Positions 19,488-30,192 of a DNA stretch of 51,903 nt are shown here, piece after piece. This DNA comes from Simkaniaceae bacterium (GTDB taxonomy: Bacteria > Chlamydiota > Chlamydiia > Chlamydiales > JAJFMI01). The first letter of the stretch is position 1. The number at the start of each line of letters is the position of its first letter. The notes beneath the pieces are model-generated. The model had not been told where the DNA came from. It made no database searches and saw nothing but the letters and a program-made list of their open reading frames with translations. The stretch is from positions 1 through 51,903 of the forward strand of contig JBBDIZ010000004.1 of assembly GCA_040880145.1 (NCBI GenBank). Direction: 5' to 3'. The position numbers and the translations under genes are program-made.

Positions 19488-21781
19488 AGATCCTGCTCGA
19501 TAAAGGTGACGTCAAAGGCCTTTACGATGTCGCCAACGTGAACATCTTGGAAATTCTTAAGAAGGAGTCCGCATTCAAAATCCTTTTTGACTTCTTTGGC
19601 GTCTTCTTTGACTCGTTTAAGAGAGAGAAGGTCACCGCTCCAAATGATTTGATTGCCTCTTAAAAGCTTGACGAAGGAGCTTTTTTTGATCAGCCCATCT
19701 GTGACAATACAACCTGCAATAAGACCAAGTTGTGAAGATTTAAAGATGGCTTGTACGCGCGCTTCACCGATTTCACGTTCCTGACGAATTTTATCCAGTA
19801 GTTCACGCATCATCAGTTTGACATCGTCGATGAGGTGATAGATGATGTCGTGGGTTTTTACAACGACTTTCCGCTTGCGGATGCTCTCTTCTGCATGGGT
19901 TTCTACCTGAGTGTGGAAACCGAAAATTACAGCATTAGAAGCATGGGCAAGTTCAATATCAGATTCTGAAATTTCACCGACACCCTCTGATACAATGGTA
20001 AGTTCTGCCTTTTTTGAAGGGATCTTTTTAAGCGAGGCTTTTAGAGCCTGCAAAGAGCCTTGGACATCTGCTTTGAGGATAATGGGTAGAGTTTTCTTCT
20101 GCTGCCTCTCTTGCTCTTTAAGCATAAGCTCTTCGAGAGCTCGAGCTTTAGGACGACGCATCACTTCACGCTCACGACCGGCGGCTCTTTCTTGAACAAT
20201 TTTACGGGCTTCTTTTTCAGAGTCTACAACGATAAACTCAGCTCCCGCTTTTGGAACTCCGGAAATACCCGTAATTTTAACGGGTGTGGAGGGGGGCGCT
20301 GATTGTACTGATTTACCATGCTCATCATGCATCGTCTTTACTCGGCCGTAATGTTGATCGATGACTAAAGCATTGCCGCATTCGAGTGTTCCATTTTGTA
20401 CAAGAAGGGTCGCTGCAGCTCCAAGGCCTTTATGGAGTTCAGATTCTAAAATCGTTCCTCTTGCTCGAGCTTTTGGATTGGCTTTAAGCTCTAAAAGTTC
20501 AGCTTGGAGCAATACCATTTCAAGAAGGTCTGAGATTCCATCACCTGTATGAGCGGAACAATTAATGGTAATGGTTGCTCCCCCCCACGCTTCAGGAAGG
20601 AGTTCGCGTTCAGAAAGTTGTCGATAAATTTCATCGGCATTGAAGTTTGGCTTATCATTTTTATTAATGGCTACAATGATGGGGACATCAGCTGCCTTTG
20701 CTTGATTGATGGCTTCATCCGTTTGGGGCTTAATGCCTTCATCTCCTGCGATGACTAGAATAACGAGGTCGGTGGCTAGGGCTCCTCTTTCACGCATGGC
20801 GCTGAAAGCTTCATGACCTGGGGTGTCTAAAATGGTAATGTGGCCGTTGTCTAGTGAACATCTAAAAGCACCAATATGCTGGGTGATAGCGCCGGCTTCT
20901 TTACTAGCTAAATTGCTTTTGCGAATGGCATCGATCAGGCTTGTTTTTCCGTGGTCGACATGGCCCATAAAGGCAATAACAGGAGATCGAACTTTTAGAT
21001 TTTCGGCCTTCGAGGATTTGATCTCTTCTTCAATGGTTTCACTTGTAATTTGAAGGCGCTTTTCTTCACTTGTATCGATGCTGATTTCGCAGCCAAATTC
21101 CTGACCGAGCAGTTGTACCGTAGTTTCGTCATCGAGATAATCATTTAATGTTAAAGCCATGCCCTGCATAAAGAGCTTAGAGATCAGCTCAGAGGCTTTT
21201 AGCTTCATTTGAGAAGCCAGTTCTCTAAGAGTAATCGGAAGTTTGACTTTTAGACTTTTAGGACGATCGATCTCTTCTTGAGCTCGAGACCTTCCTTGCG
21301 CTTTGCCTCCACGCCTTCTCTTCCATGAACCATCATCTGAACGGGATAGACCGCGGCTATCTCTTGAAGAAAAGCGTCTCGGTCCGCCTTTGAAGTCTTT
21401 ATATTCTTTAGCAGGCGGTTTTTTTAAAGCGGGTTTCGGTTTCTTATCTTTTTTTGCAGGAGTAGAGGAGGTATCTTCTTTTTCTTCCTTTGCCTCAGTC
21501 TTTTTTTCATCGATCAAGGGCGCTTTAGGTTCTAAATCCGGTTTTTTTTCTTGGATAGGGGGCGGCACTTGAGTAGGTTTTTCATCCTTTTTCTCTGGAG
21601 TATCTGTTTTCATTGAGATTGGAGTTAAAGTTTTCGCTTTGGCTCTAACCGGTTTTTTTGCTTGATTATCCTCATCAGGACTTTTGGAATCTTTCTTTTC
21701 AGGTTCCTTGTCATCCTTATTTATTTTAAGGGCTTTTGCAAGCTGTGTGTTTTTTACTTTCAATTTCAGGTTTTTAGCCAA
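19484..21781 (-). CDS. infB: Translation initiation factor IF-2
   Basis: [20 protein letters not shown] and DTPGHEAF motifs. Confidence 0.98.
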   Translation of the reverse strand: MAKNLKLKVKNTQLAKALKINKDDKEPEKKDSKSPDEDNQAKKPVRAKAKTLTPISMKTDTPEKKDEKPTQVPPPIQEKKPDLEPKAPLIDEKKTEAKEEKEDTSSTPAKKDKKPKPALKKPPAKEYKDFKGGPRRFSSRDSRGLSRSDDGSWKRRRGGKAQGRSRAQEEIDRPKSLKVKLPITLRELASQMKLKASELISKLFMQGMALTLNDYLDDETTVQLLGQEFGCEISIDTSEEKRLQITSETIEEEIKSSKAENLKVRSPVIAFMGHVDHGKTSLIDAIRKSNLASKEAGAITQHIGAFRCSLDNGHITILDTPGHEAFSAMRERGALATDLVILVIAGDEGIKPQTDEAINQAKAADVPIIVAINKNDKPNFNADEIYRQLSERELLPEAWGGATITINCSAHTGDGISDLLEMVLLQAELLELKANPKARARGTILESELHKGLGAAATLLVQNGTLECGNALVIDQHYGRVKTMHDEHGKSVQSAPPSTPVKITGISGVPKAGAEFIVVDSEKEARKIVQERAAGREREVMRRPKARALEELMLKEQERQQKKTLPIILKADVQGSLQALKASLKKIPSKKAELTIVSEGVGEISESDIELAHASNAVIFGFHTQVETHAEESIRKRKVVVKTHDIIYHLIDDVKLMMRELLDKIRQEREIGEARVQAIFKSSQLGLIAGCIVTDGLIKKSSFVKLLRGNQIIWSGDLLSLKRVKEDAKEVKKDFECGLLLKNFQDVHVGDIVKAFDVTFIEQDL

Positions 21782-21793
21782 GCTCCTACTCCA

Positions 21794-23068
21794 TTATGAT
21801 GATGTATCTCTGTTTTTTTTCACCTTGTCTAAGACTTCTTCAGCAAGCTCTTTTGTGATCCCCGATTCCTTCATGATTTCAGACGTAGTAGCCGTTAGGA
21901 GTTTTCTTGGGGTGTCAAATCCAGCTGCAGAAAGACTATCGATAACAAAAGATCGAACGCCTTCAACGGCGAGAGGCTCGTCAAGCGAAGGGTCTTCTGA
22001 AAGAGCAAGCTGTCTGCGAGCAAAGGTCAATGATTTTTCATGTTCTGTCATTTTTTCAATTTCAAGACGTACGCCTAAAAGCTGTCCATTGAGCCTAGCA
22101 TTGATTCCTCTTTTACCAAGAGCTGCAGGATAATCCTCATCATTCACAACGATACTCACGGTATCATCGGATTCGCTGATTTTCTTAATCTCAATAGGTG
22201 AGAGTGCTCTCATTAGAAGTTCTATACGATCTTCTGTGAAAGGAATAATGTCGATTTTTTCGTTGCCGAGCTCTCGAATAATATTTTTTACACGTGCTCC
22301 CCGAACACCGACACAAGCGCCAACAGGATCAATCTTTGGATCATCCGTATCGACAACAACTTTTGAGCGGTATCCGGCTTCTCGAACAATTCTTACGATT
22401 CGAATGATGCCTTCGTGAACTTCAGGGACCTCTTGCTTAAAGAGTTCTTCGACAAGTTCCGGATGTGTTCGCGAGAGCACAGCTTCGGCGCCACCGCCTT
22501 CGGTATCGCGAACTTCGAGAAGATAGGCCATAATGCGTTCGCCGATTGTGTACTTTTCTAGTTTGGGGATAAAGCGGTCAGGTAAAATCGCTTCAACTTT
22601 GCCTAGATCTACAATGAGAGTTCGGCTCTTGACAATGCGCTTAATCGTACCTGTTACAATTTCGCCGACGCGGTGGCGGAACTCTTCGTAAATAATATCG
22701 CGCTCTGCAGAGCGGAGTTTTTGAGCGATGACTTGTTTTGCCGTTTGTGCTGCAATGCGACCGAAATAATCGGGATTTATTGAGATTTCAATCCATTGAC
22801 CTAATTCGCAGTCCGGGTCGAGCTCTCTAGCTGCTTCTAAAGTAATTTCTTCTTCTGGATAGGTGACTTTCTCAACGATTTCTTTCTCAGTTGTGACCTC
22901 GATATCACCTGTTTTGGGATCAACCTTAACAGTGGCGCTTGGAATGCTCTTTACGCTCTTTCGGGCTGCAAGCTGAAGAGCTTCTTCGATAGCAGAGATG
23001 ACCGTTTCACGCTTGATACCTTTTTCTCTTTCAAGATATTCAAAAATAGCCACTAGATCTTTATTCAT
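21794..23068 (-). CDS. nusA: Transcription termination factor NusA
   Basis: FGRIAAQTAKQVI and DPVGACVGVRG motifs; S1 and KH domains. Confidence 0.98.
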   Translation of the reverse strand: MNKDLVAIFEYLEREKGIKRETVISAIEEALQLAARKSVKSIPSATVKVDPKTGDIEVTTEKEIVEKVTYPEEEITLEAARELDPDCELGQWIEISINPDYFGRIAAQTAKQVIAQKLRSAERDIIYEEFRHRVGEIVTGTIKRIVKSRTLIVDLGKVEAILPDRFIPKLEKYTIGERIMAYLLEVRDTEGGGAEAVLSRTHPELVEELFKQEVPEVHEGIIRIVRIVREAGYRSKVVVDTDDPKIDPVGACVGVRGARVKNIIRELGNEKIDIIPFTEDRIELLMRALSPIEIKKISESDDTVSIVVNDEDYPAALGKRGINARLNGQLLGVRLEIEKMTEHEKSLTFARRQLALSEDPSLDEPLAVEGVRSFVIDSLSAAGFDTPRKLLTATTSEIMKESGITKELAEEVLDKVKKNRDTSS

Positions 23069-23078
23069 CTTTTATCCT

Positions 23079-23117
23079 TAAAAAAAAGAGAAGGGAACTC
23101 TAAAAAAGAGCTCCCTT
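23079..23117 (-). terminator. Intrinsic terminator/attenuator between rpsA and nusA
   Basis: Minus-strand hairpin AAGGGAGCUCU/AGAGUUCCCUU followed by a long U tract. Confidence 0.7.
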
Positions 23118-23130
23118 GTAAGTCAATACT

Positions 23131-24852
23131 TTACTCTGCGGAAGTCTCTTCTTCCGGTCCTTTGTCGACGACGATGTCGTCAGAGTTTTTACCACATCCT
23201 TCACTGCCAAAGCTCTTGATGGAAAGGTCGATTTTTTTGCGTTCAGGCTCAATTCGAATCACTTTAGCCTTCACATGATCCCCAACTGACATGATATCTT
23301 CAACCTTGCTGAAGGCTTGGTCAGGAAACTCAGAGACATGGATAAGACCTTCGAGCTCATTCTCGAGAAGAACAAAGGCGCCGAATCCTGAAAGGCGAAT
23401 CACCTCACCCTCAACGATGGATCCAACGGGCATGGTTCTTTCGAGTGATTCCCAAGGATTTTCTGTTAATTGCTTCACTCCAAGAGTGATTTTTTCACTT
23501 TCTTTGTCTACGAGAAGGACGACTGCTTTAACATGGTCGCCTTTCTGGAGAACCTCTGAAGGATGAGAGACTTTTTTTGTCCAACTTAAGTCTGAAATAT
23601 GGATTAGGCCATCGATGCCGGGTTCTAGCTCAACAAAAGCGCCGTAGTTCGTTAAGGTTTTTACTTCAGTATCGACCTCTTTTCCAACAGGGTATTCTTC
23701 GCTGACACTTTCCCATGGATTTTGTTGCTTTTGCTTGATGCCAAGAGAAATTTTCCCTTCCTCTTTCTGGATAGAGAGAACCACAGCTTCAACTTTATCG
23801 CCTCTTTCGACAATTTCGCTAGGATCAGAGATGTTTTTCACCCAGGACATTTCAGTAACGTGGATCAAACCCTCGATGCCGGGCTCGATTTCGATAAAGG
23901 CTCCGTAAGGAACCAGATTCACGATTTTACCTTTAACAAGAGATCCCGGAGGATACTTGCTTTCGATTTCTTCCCAAGGGTTTGTCTCTTTTTGCTTGAG
24001 GCCAAGTGCAACACGTCCTTTTTCACGATCGACGTTAAGAATCATAACGGCAAGTTCATCGCCGACTTGAACCATTTCACTTGGGTGTTTAATTCGTGTC
24101 CATTTCATGTCTGTGATATGGAGAAGGCCGTCGATTCCATCGAGATCAAGGAAGACGCCGAAGTCTGTAATATTTTTAACGATTCCCTTGCAAATAGCTC
24201 CCTCTTGAATATTTTCAAGAAGTTCTGCTTTTTTAGAAATACGCTCTTCTTCGAGAATTTCGCGGCGTGATACGACGATGTTTTTACGCTCGATGTTGAT
24301 CTTTAAAATTTTAAAGTCGAAAGATTTTCCGATGTAGTCGCCCATATTCTTGATGCGTTTATTATCGATTTGCGAGCCGGGAAGGAAGGCTTCCATGCCG
24401 ATATCGACCATTAAGCCACCTTTGACTTGGCGAGTGACCTCTCCATGGACAATGGAGCCCTCTTTGCAGTGATTGATGATGTATTCCCATTGACGCTGTT
24501 TCCGTGCTTTTTCGCGAGAAAGTACGATTTGGCCTTCTGAATTTTCGGCACGATCGAGAAACACTTCAACATCAAGCCCTAAATCGACGTTATCTTTAGC
24601 AGAAAATTCGCTTAACGGGATAAGGCCTTCTGATTTCAAGCCGACATCGACAACTACAAAGTCTTTTGTAATTTCGACAATGCAGCCTTTCAGTATTTGG
24701 CCTGCTGTCATGGATGAAATTGAGCCTTCTTCAGCGTTTTGTTCTTTTTCGTTAAGTAAATTTTTAAATGCTTCTGCGTCTTCTTGTCTGAAGTCGATAT
24801 CATCAATAATATTTGCAGTATCGCTCCAGTCATGGGTTGATTGGTTGGGCAT
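23131..24852 (-). CDS. rpsA: 30S ribosomal protein S1
   Basis: Six S1 repeats ([25 protein letters not shown] and others). Confidence 0.98.
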   Translation of the reverse strand: MPNQSTHDWSDTANIIDDIDFRQEDAEAFKNLLNEKEQNAEEGSISSMTAGQILKGCIVEITKDFVVVDVGLKSEGLIPLSEFSAKDNVDLGLDVEVFLDRAENSEGQIVLSREKARKQRQWEYIINHCKEGSIVHGEVTRQVKGGLMVDIGMEAFLPGSQIDNKRIKNMGDYIGKSFDFKILKINIERKNIVVSRREILEEERISKKAELLENIQEGAICKGIVKNITDFGVFLDLDGIDGLLHITDMKWTRIKHPSEMVQVGDELAVMILNVDREKGRVALGLKQKETNPWEEIESKYPPGSLVKGKIVNLVPYGAFIEIEPGIEGLIHVTEMSWVKNISDPSEIVERGDKVEAVVLSIQKEEGKISLGIKQKQQNPWESVSEEYPVGKEVDTEVKTLTNYGAFVELEPGIDGLIHISDLSWTKKVSHPSEVLQKGDHVKAVVLLVDKESEKITLGVKQLTENPWESLERTMPVGSIVEGEVIRLSGFGAFVLLENELEGLIHVSEFPDQAFSKVEDIMSVGDHVKAKVIRIEPERKKIDLSIKSFGSEGCGKNSDDIVVDKGPEEETSAE

Positions 24853-24965
24853 GGGTTTTTAGAAACTCCTAGAGGGTTAATTTACAATCGGATCCAATTC
24901 GGATCTACTTATCTGTTTGCAGCAGATTCGTTACGGGATTATTAATCCACGTTGATGAAGCAGTT

Positions 24966-24994
24966 AGATTAGCATTTGTCTTTAAAAATGACAA
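24966..24994 (-). promoter_or_regulatory. sigma66 promoter of rpsA
   Basis: TTGTCA-17 nt-TAATCT with an extended TG; predicts a leader of about 107 nt. Confidence 0.6.
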
Positions 24995-25030
24995 CCCTTG
25001 TTTTTGGATTACAAATGTAAGAAATAAATT

Positions 25031-25116
25031 TATACCGAAATAACTTCAGGAATTGGTCTTCACTCGCGCCTTACGCACATTGCGCGAAAACCGATTCCTG
25101 AAGTTGTTCCGGTATA
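25031..25116. repeat. 86-bp palindromic element (MITE/REP-like)
   Basis: 31-bp arms TATACCGAAATAACTTCAGGAATTGGTCTTC and GAAAACCGATTCCTGAAGTTGTTCCGGTATA, with 27/31 Watson-Crick pairs. Confidence 0.75.
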
Positions 25117-25185
25117 TTTTATAAAGTCTATTCTTTACAAAAAATTCATCAAGGAGTAAAAAGGTGCCTTTTTTGGGAGTGAAGA

Positions 25186-25956
25186 ATGGCTTCTAGGATT
25201 GTCATGAAATTTGGCGGTGCTGCTTTAAAAACGGTAGCTGATCTTCTGGCCTGCGTCTATTTGATCATGAAGAATCGGAAGCGATATGATGAAATTGTCG
25301 TTGTTACAAGTGCCATGGGGGATACGACAGCTCAATTGCATCAACTAGCCCAAGAGGTTGCTCTTCAACCTGATCAGCGTGAAGTGGATATGCTTATTTC
25401 TGTTGGGGAAAGAATCAGCATGTCACTTATGGCAATGGCCCTTAAAAGCCGTGGAGTCGATGCGATTAGCTTTACGGGAAGTCAGTCTGGAATTATCACC
25501 TGTCCTTTGCATGGCGAAGCGAGAATTGTCGATGTCAAGCCGGTTAGGATTCTTAGGGAGCTTGAGAAGAAAAGAGTTGTCATTGTTGCCGGTTTTCAGG
25601 GAGTAAGCCAGGGTGAGGTTACAACGCTTGGCCGAAGCGGGTCGGATACAACGGCCGTGGCGCTTGGGGCGGCTCTTTCAGCTGAACGGGTTATTTTTTA
25701 CAAAGATGTTGCGGGGGTTTTTTCTGAAGATCCAAAGATCAATGAAAGAGCTGAATTTTTCGAGGAATTAAACTATGAAAATGCGCTTAAAATTGTAATG
25801 AAGGGGGAGGTTCTAACTCAGCGTTCAATAAAACTTGCCTATGCGAATCAATTGCCTCTTTACGTTACCTCATTTGTAAATCCTCATCTTGGAACAAAAA
25901 TTCAGGATTTATCTTTGAAAAAAAAGAGTGAAATCCAATATGAGAGTTTATTGTGA
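25186..25956 (+). CDS. lysC: Aspartate kinase, catalytic domain only
   Basis: MKFGG, VVVTSAMG, AGFQG and TTLGRSGSDTTA motifs; 256 aa with no ACT domains. Confidence 0.9.
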   Translation: MASRIVMKFGGAALKTVADLLACVYLIMKNRKRYDEIVVVTSAMGDTTAQLHQLAQEVALQPDQREVDMLISVGERISMSLMAMALKSRGVDAISFTGSQSGIITCPLHGEARIVDVKPVRILRELEKKRVVIVAGFQGVSQGEVTTLGRSGSDTTAVALGAALSAERVIFYKDVAGVFSEDPKINERAEFFEELNYENALKIVMKGEVLTQRSIKLAYANQLPLYVTSFVNPHLGTKIQDLSLKKKSEIQYESLL

Positions 25957-27836
25957 TTCATACAATTCCGTCCTTGCTCTCCATTACACTTTCTCAAAAT
26001 AGCGCTTACCTAGACAGAGCGCAAGAGCTTGTGAATGCCTTACTGCCAAAACCCTTGCAGGAAGCTGCTTTTGATTCTAAGGAGGCTTTTTTTGACCAGC
26101 TGGATGGTTGCCTTCCCCTTGTCCTAACTAAGGGAATTCAGGATCCCGGCTCCTCGCTTTTTTTTTACCTTCTATGTCGGCACCGTCGAGGTGTTAATCA
26201 ATTTTTTTATGACATGATTCAAAGATGGCTTTTACCCGGAAGCGAACTGAATATTAATTTGATTTTTGGTGCTGATTTTTCTTTTATTCATCGTAGAAAT
26301 TCTCTCTACTTTGTTAGTGAGCTTGGAATATGTGTTGATTCGGTTGAAAAAAAGCAGCTGATTCGCCGTAATTTTGAAACGCTTTCAAGAGAGATTCGTC
26401 TAGGCGTTGCCTCTCAATATCAGGCGAATCGTATTTTGGAGCTTAAAGGGTTTTCTGTGAATCAGAAAACAGCTAAAGTTCATGAACGCTTGGCTTTGAC
26501 TGTTCAAAAATTGCCACAGCTGTATGAGAGTGATATTTTTGTTTTTATGCAGCGCTTTTTCATCTCGACAAATGATGTCTATAAAGCGGTTCGCTCATCT
26601 CGGCACCTCTTTCGAATGATTTATCTCTATTATTTGATGCAAAAAGGGACGGTCAAACAACGAGAACTCTATCCTCGCTTAAGGCATCTTCGTGTTAAAG
26701 TAATGGCTTTAAAGCTTCAGGATCCACTTGGAACCAAAACTGTATACGGCGTTTTTATCTCTTTTAATTACTTAAGTGAAAGTGAAGTCTTTGAAAGACG
26801 CCATTTTAAACGAGCTCTCCGTAACTTGGACAAGGATTTTGAAATTATTGAAGATTCATTTTTGAATCTTGAAGCAAAGGAAGAGCGTCTAATTACGGCT
26901 TATATTGAAATTGAAAAAAAAGGAAGTCGTTTATTAACCCTTAAAGAACTCATAAGAATTCGGCGGGAATTGCCTCATGAAATCAAGGTGAGTATTGAAC
27001 GCTTGCTCCGCCCCGTATTTATGCCTCGCAATGAAGAGGAAGTTATGCGGAATATTGTTATATTAAGCGGTCAACTTAAGTTTGTAAGGGATATTCCTCA
27101 AGTGATTATTTCGTTTGATGAGCAAAGAGAGGAAAGTCTTTTTTTTACGATTACTTTTGTTAGACTTCTTCGAAAAGGGTCTAAAAAGGTGGAGGACCTC
27201 TTTAGAGAAGATTCGATTTTTTCTATAGAAAGGGTTAAAAAAGTTGGAAAACTTAGAAAGAGGACATTGAAAGAAGCTCTTGTATTAAGAGCTGAAATCT
27301 CAAGCTCTCCATTCATTCGTCAAGATCATCATCTCGACCTTTATCGTGCCCGTGAATACTTGCTCATTGAGCTTCAGCGAATCGCCGGCGAGGTGCGCGA
27401 TTATAATGGGGGAATGATTTCAAAACAAAATGAGCTTTTTATTTCCCTTCAAGAGGCCCTCGGGGATTTAGGAGAGAAAAATCGTTTGCTCTTGGAGCAT
27501 TTTTTTCACTCCATTTATCCAACTGAACTTCGATCACTTTTGCATACGGAACCCTTAAGGCATCTCTTTTTAATGTTAAAGGCTGAGCTTGGGCAGACAA
27601 AAGTCTTTTTTGAGCAAGACGAAAAAAATAGTTACTTCTTAATAGGGGTAAAAAGCGCGGCAGCTGCTGAAAAGATTCGTGGGAAGGTTTCAAAATTAAT
27701 TTTTGGCAGACTCGAATTGGCTCTTCTAAGCCTTTCTTATTTTGAAATGACTCATCTAGGATATATACTTTCTTCAAAAAGCGAGGAAAAAATTATCGCA
27801 ATTCACAAAGCAATTGAGGAAGGGCTTGACTTGTAG
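25953..27836 (+). CDS. Large hypothetical protein coupled to lysC
   Basis: 627-aa ORF overlapping the lysC stop by 4 nt; motifs PVFMPRNEEE and GEVRDYNGGMI. Confidence 0.8.
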   Translation: MIHTIPSLLSITLSQNSAYLDRAQELVNALLPKPLQEAAFDSKEAFFDQLDGCLPLVLTKGIQDPGSSLFFYLLCRHRRGVNQFFYDMIQRWLLPGSELNINLIFGADFSFIHRRNSLYFVSELGICVDSVEKKQLIRRNFETLSREIRLGVASQYQANRILELKGFSVNQKTAKVHERLALTVQKLPQLYESDIFVFMQRFFISTNDVYKAVRSSRHLFRMIYLYYLMQKGTVKQRELYPRLRHLRVKVMALKLQDPLGTKTVYGVFISFNYLSESEVFERRHFKRALRNLDKDFEIIEDSFLNLEAKEERLITAYIEIEKKGSRLLTLKELIRIRRELPHEIKVSIERLLRPVFMPRNEEEVMRNIVILSGQLKFVRDIPQVIISFDEQREESLFFTITFVRLLRKGSKKVEDLFREDSIFSIERVKKVGKLRKRTLKEALVLRAEISSSPFIRQDHHLDLYRAREYLLIELQRIAGEVRDYNGGMISKQNELFISLQEALGDLGEKNRLLLEHFFHSIYPTELRSLLHTEPLRHLFLMLKAELGQTKVFFEQDEKNSYFLIGVKSAAAAEKIRGKVSKLIFGRLELALLSLSYFEMTHLGYILSSKSEEKIIAIHKAIEEGLDL

Positions 27837-27854
27837 AAATAAACGCGCTACGCT
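27826..27854 (+). promoter_or_regulatory. sigma66 promoter of rpe
   Basis: TTGACT-17 nt-TACGCT. Confidence 0.6.
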
Positions 27855-27865
27855 CCCTCCAGATT

Positions 27866-28531
27866 ATGAAAAGCAAAAATAAAATCAAAATCGAGCCTTC
27901 CCTTTTTGCAGCAGACTTCGGCTATCTTGCTGATGAAGCAAAGCGTGCTGAGGACGCTGGTGCAGATGCCCTTCACTTTGATATTATGGATGGTCATTTT
28001 GTTCCCAACCTCTCTTTAAGCACAAAATCTCTTGAGGCTGTGAATCGAGCTTGCAACCTCTTTTTAGATGTCCATATTATGGTTTATAATCCTGAGGTTT
28101 ATATTGAAAAACTTGTTCAGGCGGGAGCTGATAACATTACTTTTCACTTCGAAGCGACAGAAAATATTGAAAAGACGCTTGCTATGATTCAGCAACAGGG
28201 GATCGAGGCAGGGCTTGCCTTTTGTCCTGATACGTCCAAGTCGTTTCTTCCTCAATTCATTGATAAGTGCAATGTTATCTTGCTAATGACGGTCAACCCC
28301 GGTTTTGGTGGCCAAGCTTTCAATCATGACGTTTTAGAAAAAATCTCTTTTCTAAGAGAACAATCTGCAACTTTGGACATTCAAGTTGATGGAGGGATTG
28401 ATGATAAAACAGCGCCTCTTTGCATCCAAGCCGGGGCGAATCGATTAGTAAGCGGAACCTACCTTTTTCGAGAAAATGATATGAGAAGCAAGATAAAGCA
28501 GCTTCGAAAGAGTCGAGAATTAAGTGTCTAA
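27866..28531 (+). CDS. rpe: Ribulose-phosphate 3-epimerase
   Basis: HFDIMDGHFVPN, MTVNPGFGGQ and VDGG motifs. Confidence 0.96.
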   Translation: MKSKNKIKIEPSLFAADFGYLADEAKRAEDAGADALHFDIMDGHFVPNLSLSTKSLEAVNRACNLFLDVHIMVYNPEVYIEKLVQAGADNITFHFEATENIEKTLAMIQQQGIEAGLAFCPDTSKSFLPQFIDKCNVILLMTVNPGFGGQAFNHDVLEKISFLREQSATLDIQVDGGIDDKTAPLCIQAGANRLVSGTYLFRENDMRSKIKQLRKSRELSV

Positions 28532-29492
28532 AAAAAAAGTGGTTGTTATCGGGGGCGGTACAGGGAACTTTACAGTTCTTTCAGGGCTTAAAAATTATGA
28601 TCTCGATCTCACGGCAATTGTCAGCATGGCTGATGACGGAGGAAGCACCGGAATTTTGCGTGATGAGCTGGGAGTCCTTCCACCCGGAGATGTCCGACAA
28701 TGTTTAGTTGCTCTTTCTAACTCCTCCCTTTTAATGCGTTCTTTAATGAATTACCGTTATGAAACAGGGTCTTTAGGAGGGCATAGTTTTGGAAATCTGT
28801 TTTTATCTGCTTTAGAGAAGGTAACAGGTAGCTTTGAAAAAGCTGTGGAGGAAATGGGCCGCATCCTTTACATCCAAGGGAAAGTGATCCCTGTAACGAC
28901 ACATGAAGTGCGCCTTAAAATGATTTTGAAGGATCGAACGATTCTAGAAGGCGAAAAAGAGATTTATCTTTCTCAAAAAATTGATCAAGGGTATTCCAGC
29001 GTCTTTTTAGAACCCTATGCAACAGCAAATATTAATGCTCTATTTGAGATCCGAAATGCGGATCTGATTATTTTAGGTCCAGGCGGGCTTCATACGTCTA
29101 TTGTTCCGAATCTACTTGTAAAAGGGGTCGGCGAGGCTCTAAAAAAAAGCAAAGCCAAAAAAGTTTTTATCATCAACTTAATGAATCGAAAGGGTCAAAC
29201 CACAAATTTCAAAGTAAGCAATTATCTCAAAGAAGTTGTGAAGTATATCGGGGAGGACGTTTTCGATCATCTCCTTGTAAATTCAGATGTTCCGGATGAT
29301 GAACAAATGAAAAGTTATCATGATGAAGGGGACCTCGTTGAAAATGATATTACATCGAAACGGGTTATTATGGCGCCAATGATCGGTAAAATTCTCACTC
29401 CATCAAAAAAAGATTTGTTAAAAAGAAGCTTGATTCGTCATGATTCAAATAAATTAGCCACAGAGTTGATGAAAATTGTTAGTCATATTTGA
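28524..29492 (+). CDS. yvcK: YvcK/GlmR (CofD-related) family protein
   Basis: IGGGTG, ADDGGSTG.LR, PPGD.R, GHSFGNL and IRHD motifs. Confidence 0.92.
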   Translation: MSKKKVVVIGGGTGNFTVLSGLKNYDLDLTAIVSMADDGGSTGILRDELGVLPPGDVRQCLVALSNSSLLMRSLMNYRYETGSLGGHSFGNLFLSALEKVTGSFEKAVEEMGRILYIQGKVIPVTTHEVRLKMILKDRTILEGEKEIYLSQKIDQGYSSVFLEPYATANINALFEIRNADLIILGPGGLHTSIVPNLLVKGVGEALKKSKAKKVFIINLMNRKGQTTNFKVSNYLKEVVKYIGEDVFDHLLVNSDVPDDEQMKSYHDEGDLVENDITSKRVIMAPMIGKILTPSKKDLLKRSLIRHDSNKLATELMKIVSHI

Positions 29493-30192
29493 TCTAGATG
29501 ATACCCTAGTCGATACAAGCGGATCTTTACTCCCGCAGCTTTTTCTAAGCACGATTGAAGCATTAAAAGAAGGAGGAGTATTTTTGCGAGATGAAAAATG
29601 CGCTATTGAAATGCTGAAGCGGCTTAATTGTGCGGTATTGTCGAGTAAAGAAAGCCTAGAAGAATTTATGGAAATCCATGAAGTCAGTAAGGATTTGGTT
29701 CCTTTGGCTTTAAAGACTTTATATAAGTCCCATACGTTTTCGATTCATCAAACTCCCGGTTCGATCGATTTACTGCTCGAGCTTAAAAAACGATTTGAGC
29801 TCATTTTAGTGACGATTGGAGAAGAGGCAGTTCAGAAAAAAAAGCTTAAAAAAGCCAATATTCCGCCGGATCTTTTTAAAGAAATATACATCTGTAAAGA
29901 AAAGAAAAAAGTTTACCTCGAGATTTTAAATAAATTCCCCTATCCCCCAGAAAAAATTGTTGTTATAGGCGACCGGCCTGTTCGAGATTTGCGGCCGGCC
30001 AAAGAATTAGGCTTTAAAACAATTCACATTAAATGGGGAAGAGGGTTAAACTGCCAGGATGTCAGAGGTGATGTTGATTATACAATTTATAAATTATCTG
30101 ACTGTGAGTATATACTAAGACTTATTGAAAATTTTCAGGAAAGTTATGACCACATTAAACCAGCTCTCTCCAGGAATGATAATATCTCTTGA
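29476..30192 (+). CDS. HAD-family hydrolase
   Basis: FDLDDTL motif I and IGDR..RD motif IV. Confidence 0.88.
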   Translation: MLVIFDLDDTLVDTSGSLLPQLFLSTIEALKEGGVFLRDEKCAIEMLKRLNCAVLSSKESLEEFMEIHEVSKDLVPLALKTLYKSHTFSIHQTPGSIDLLLELKKRFELILVTIGEEAVQKKKLKKANIPPDLFKEIYICKEKKKVYLEILNKFPYPPEKIVVIGDRPVRDLRPAKELGFKTIHIKWGRGLNCQDVRGDVDYTIYKLSDCEYILRLIENFQESYDHIKPALSRNDNIS

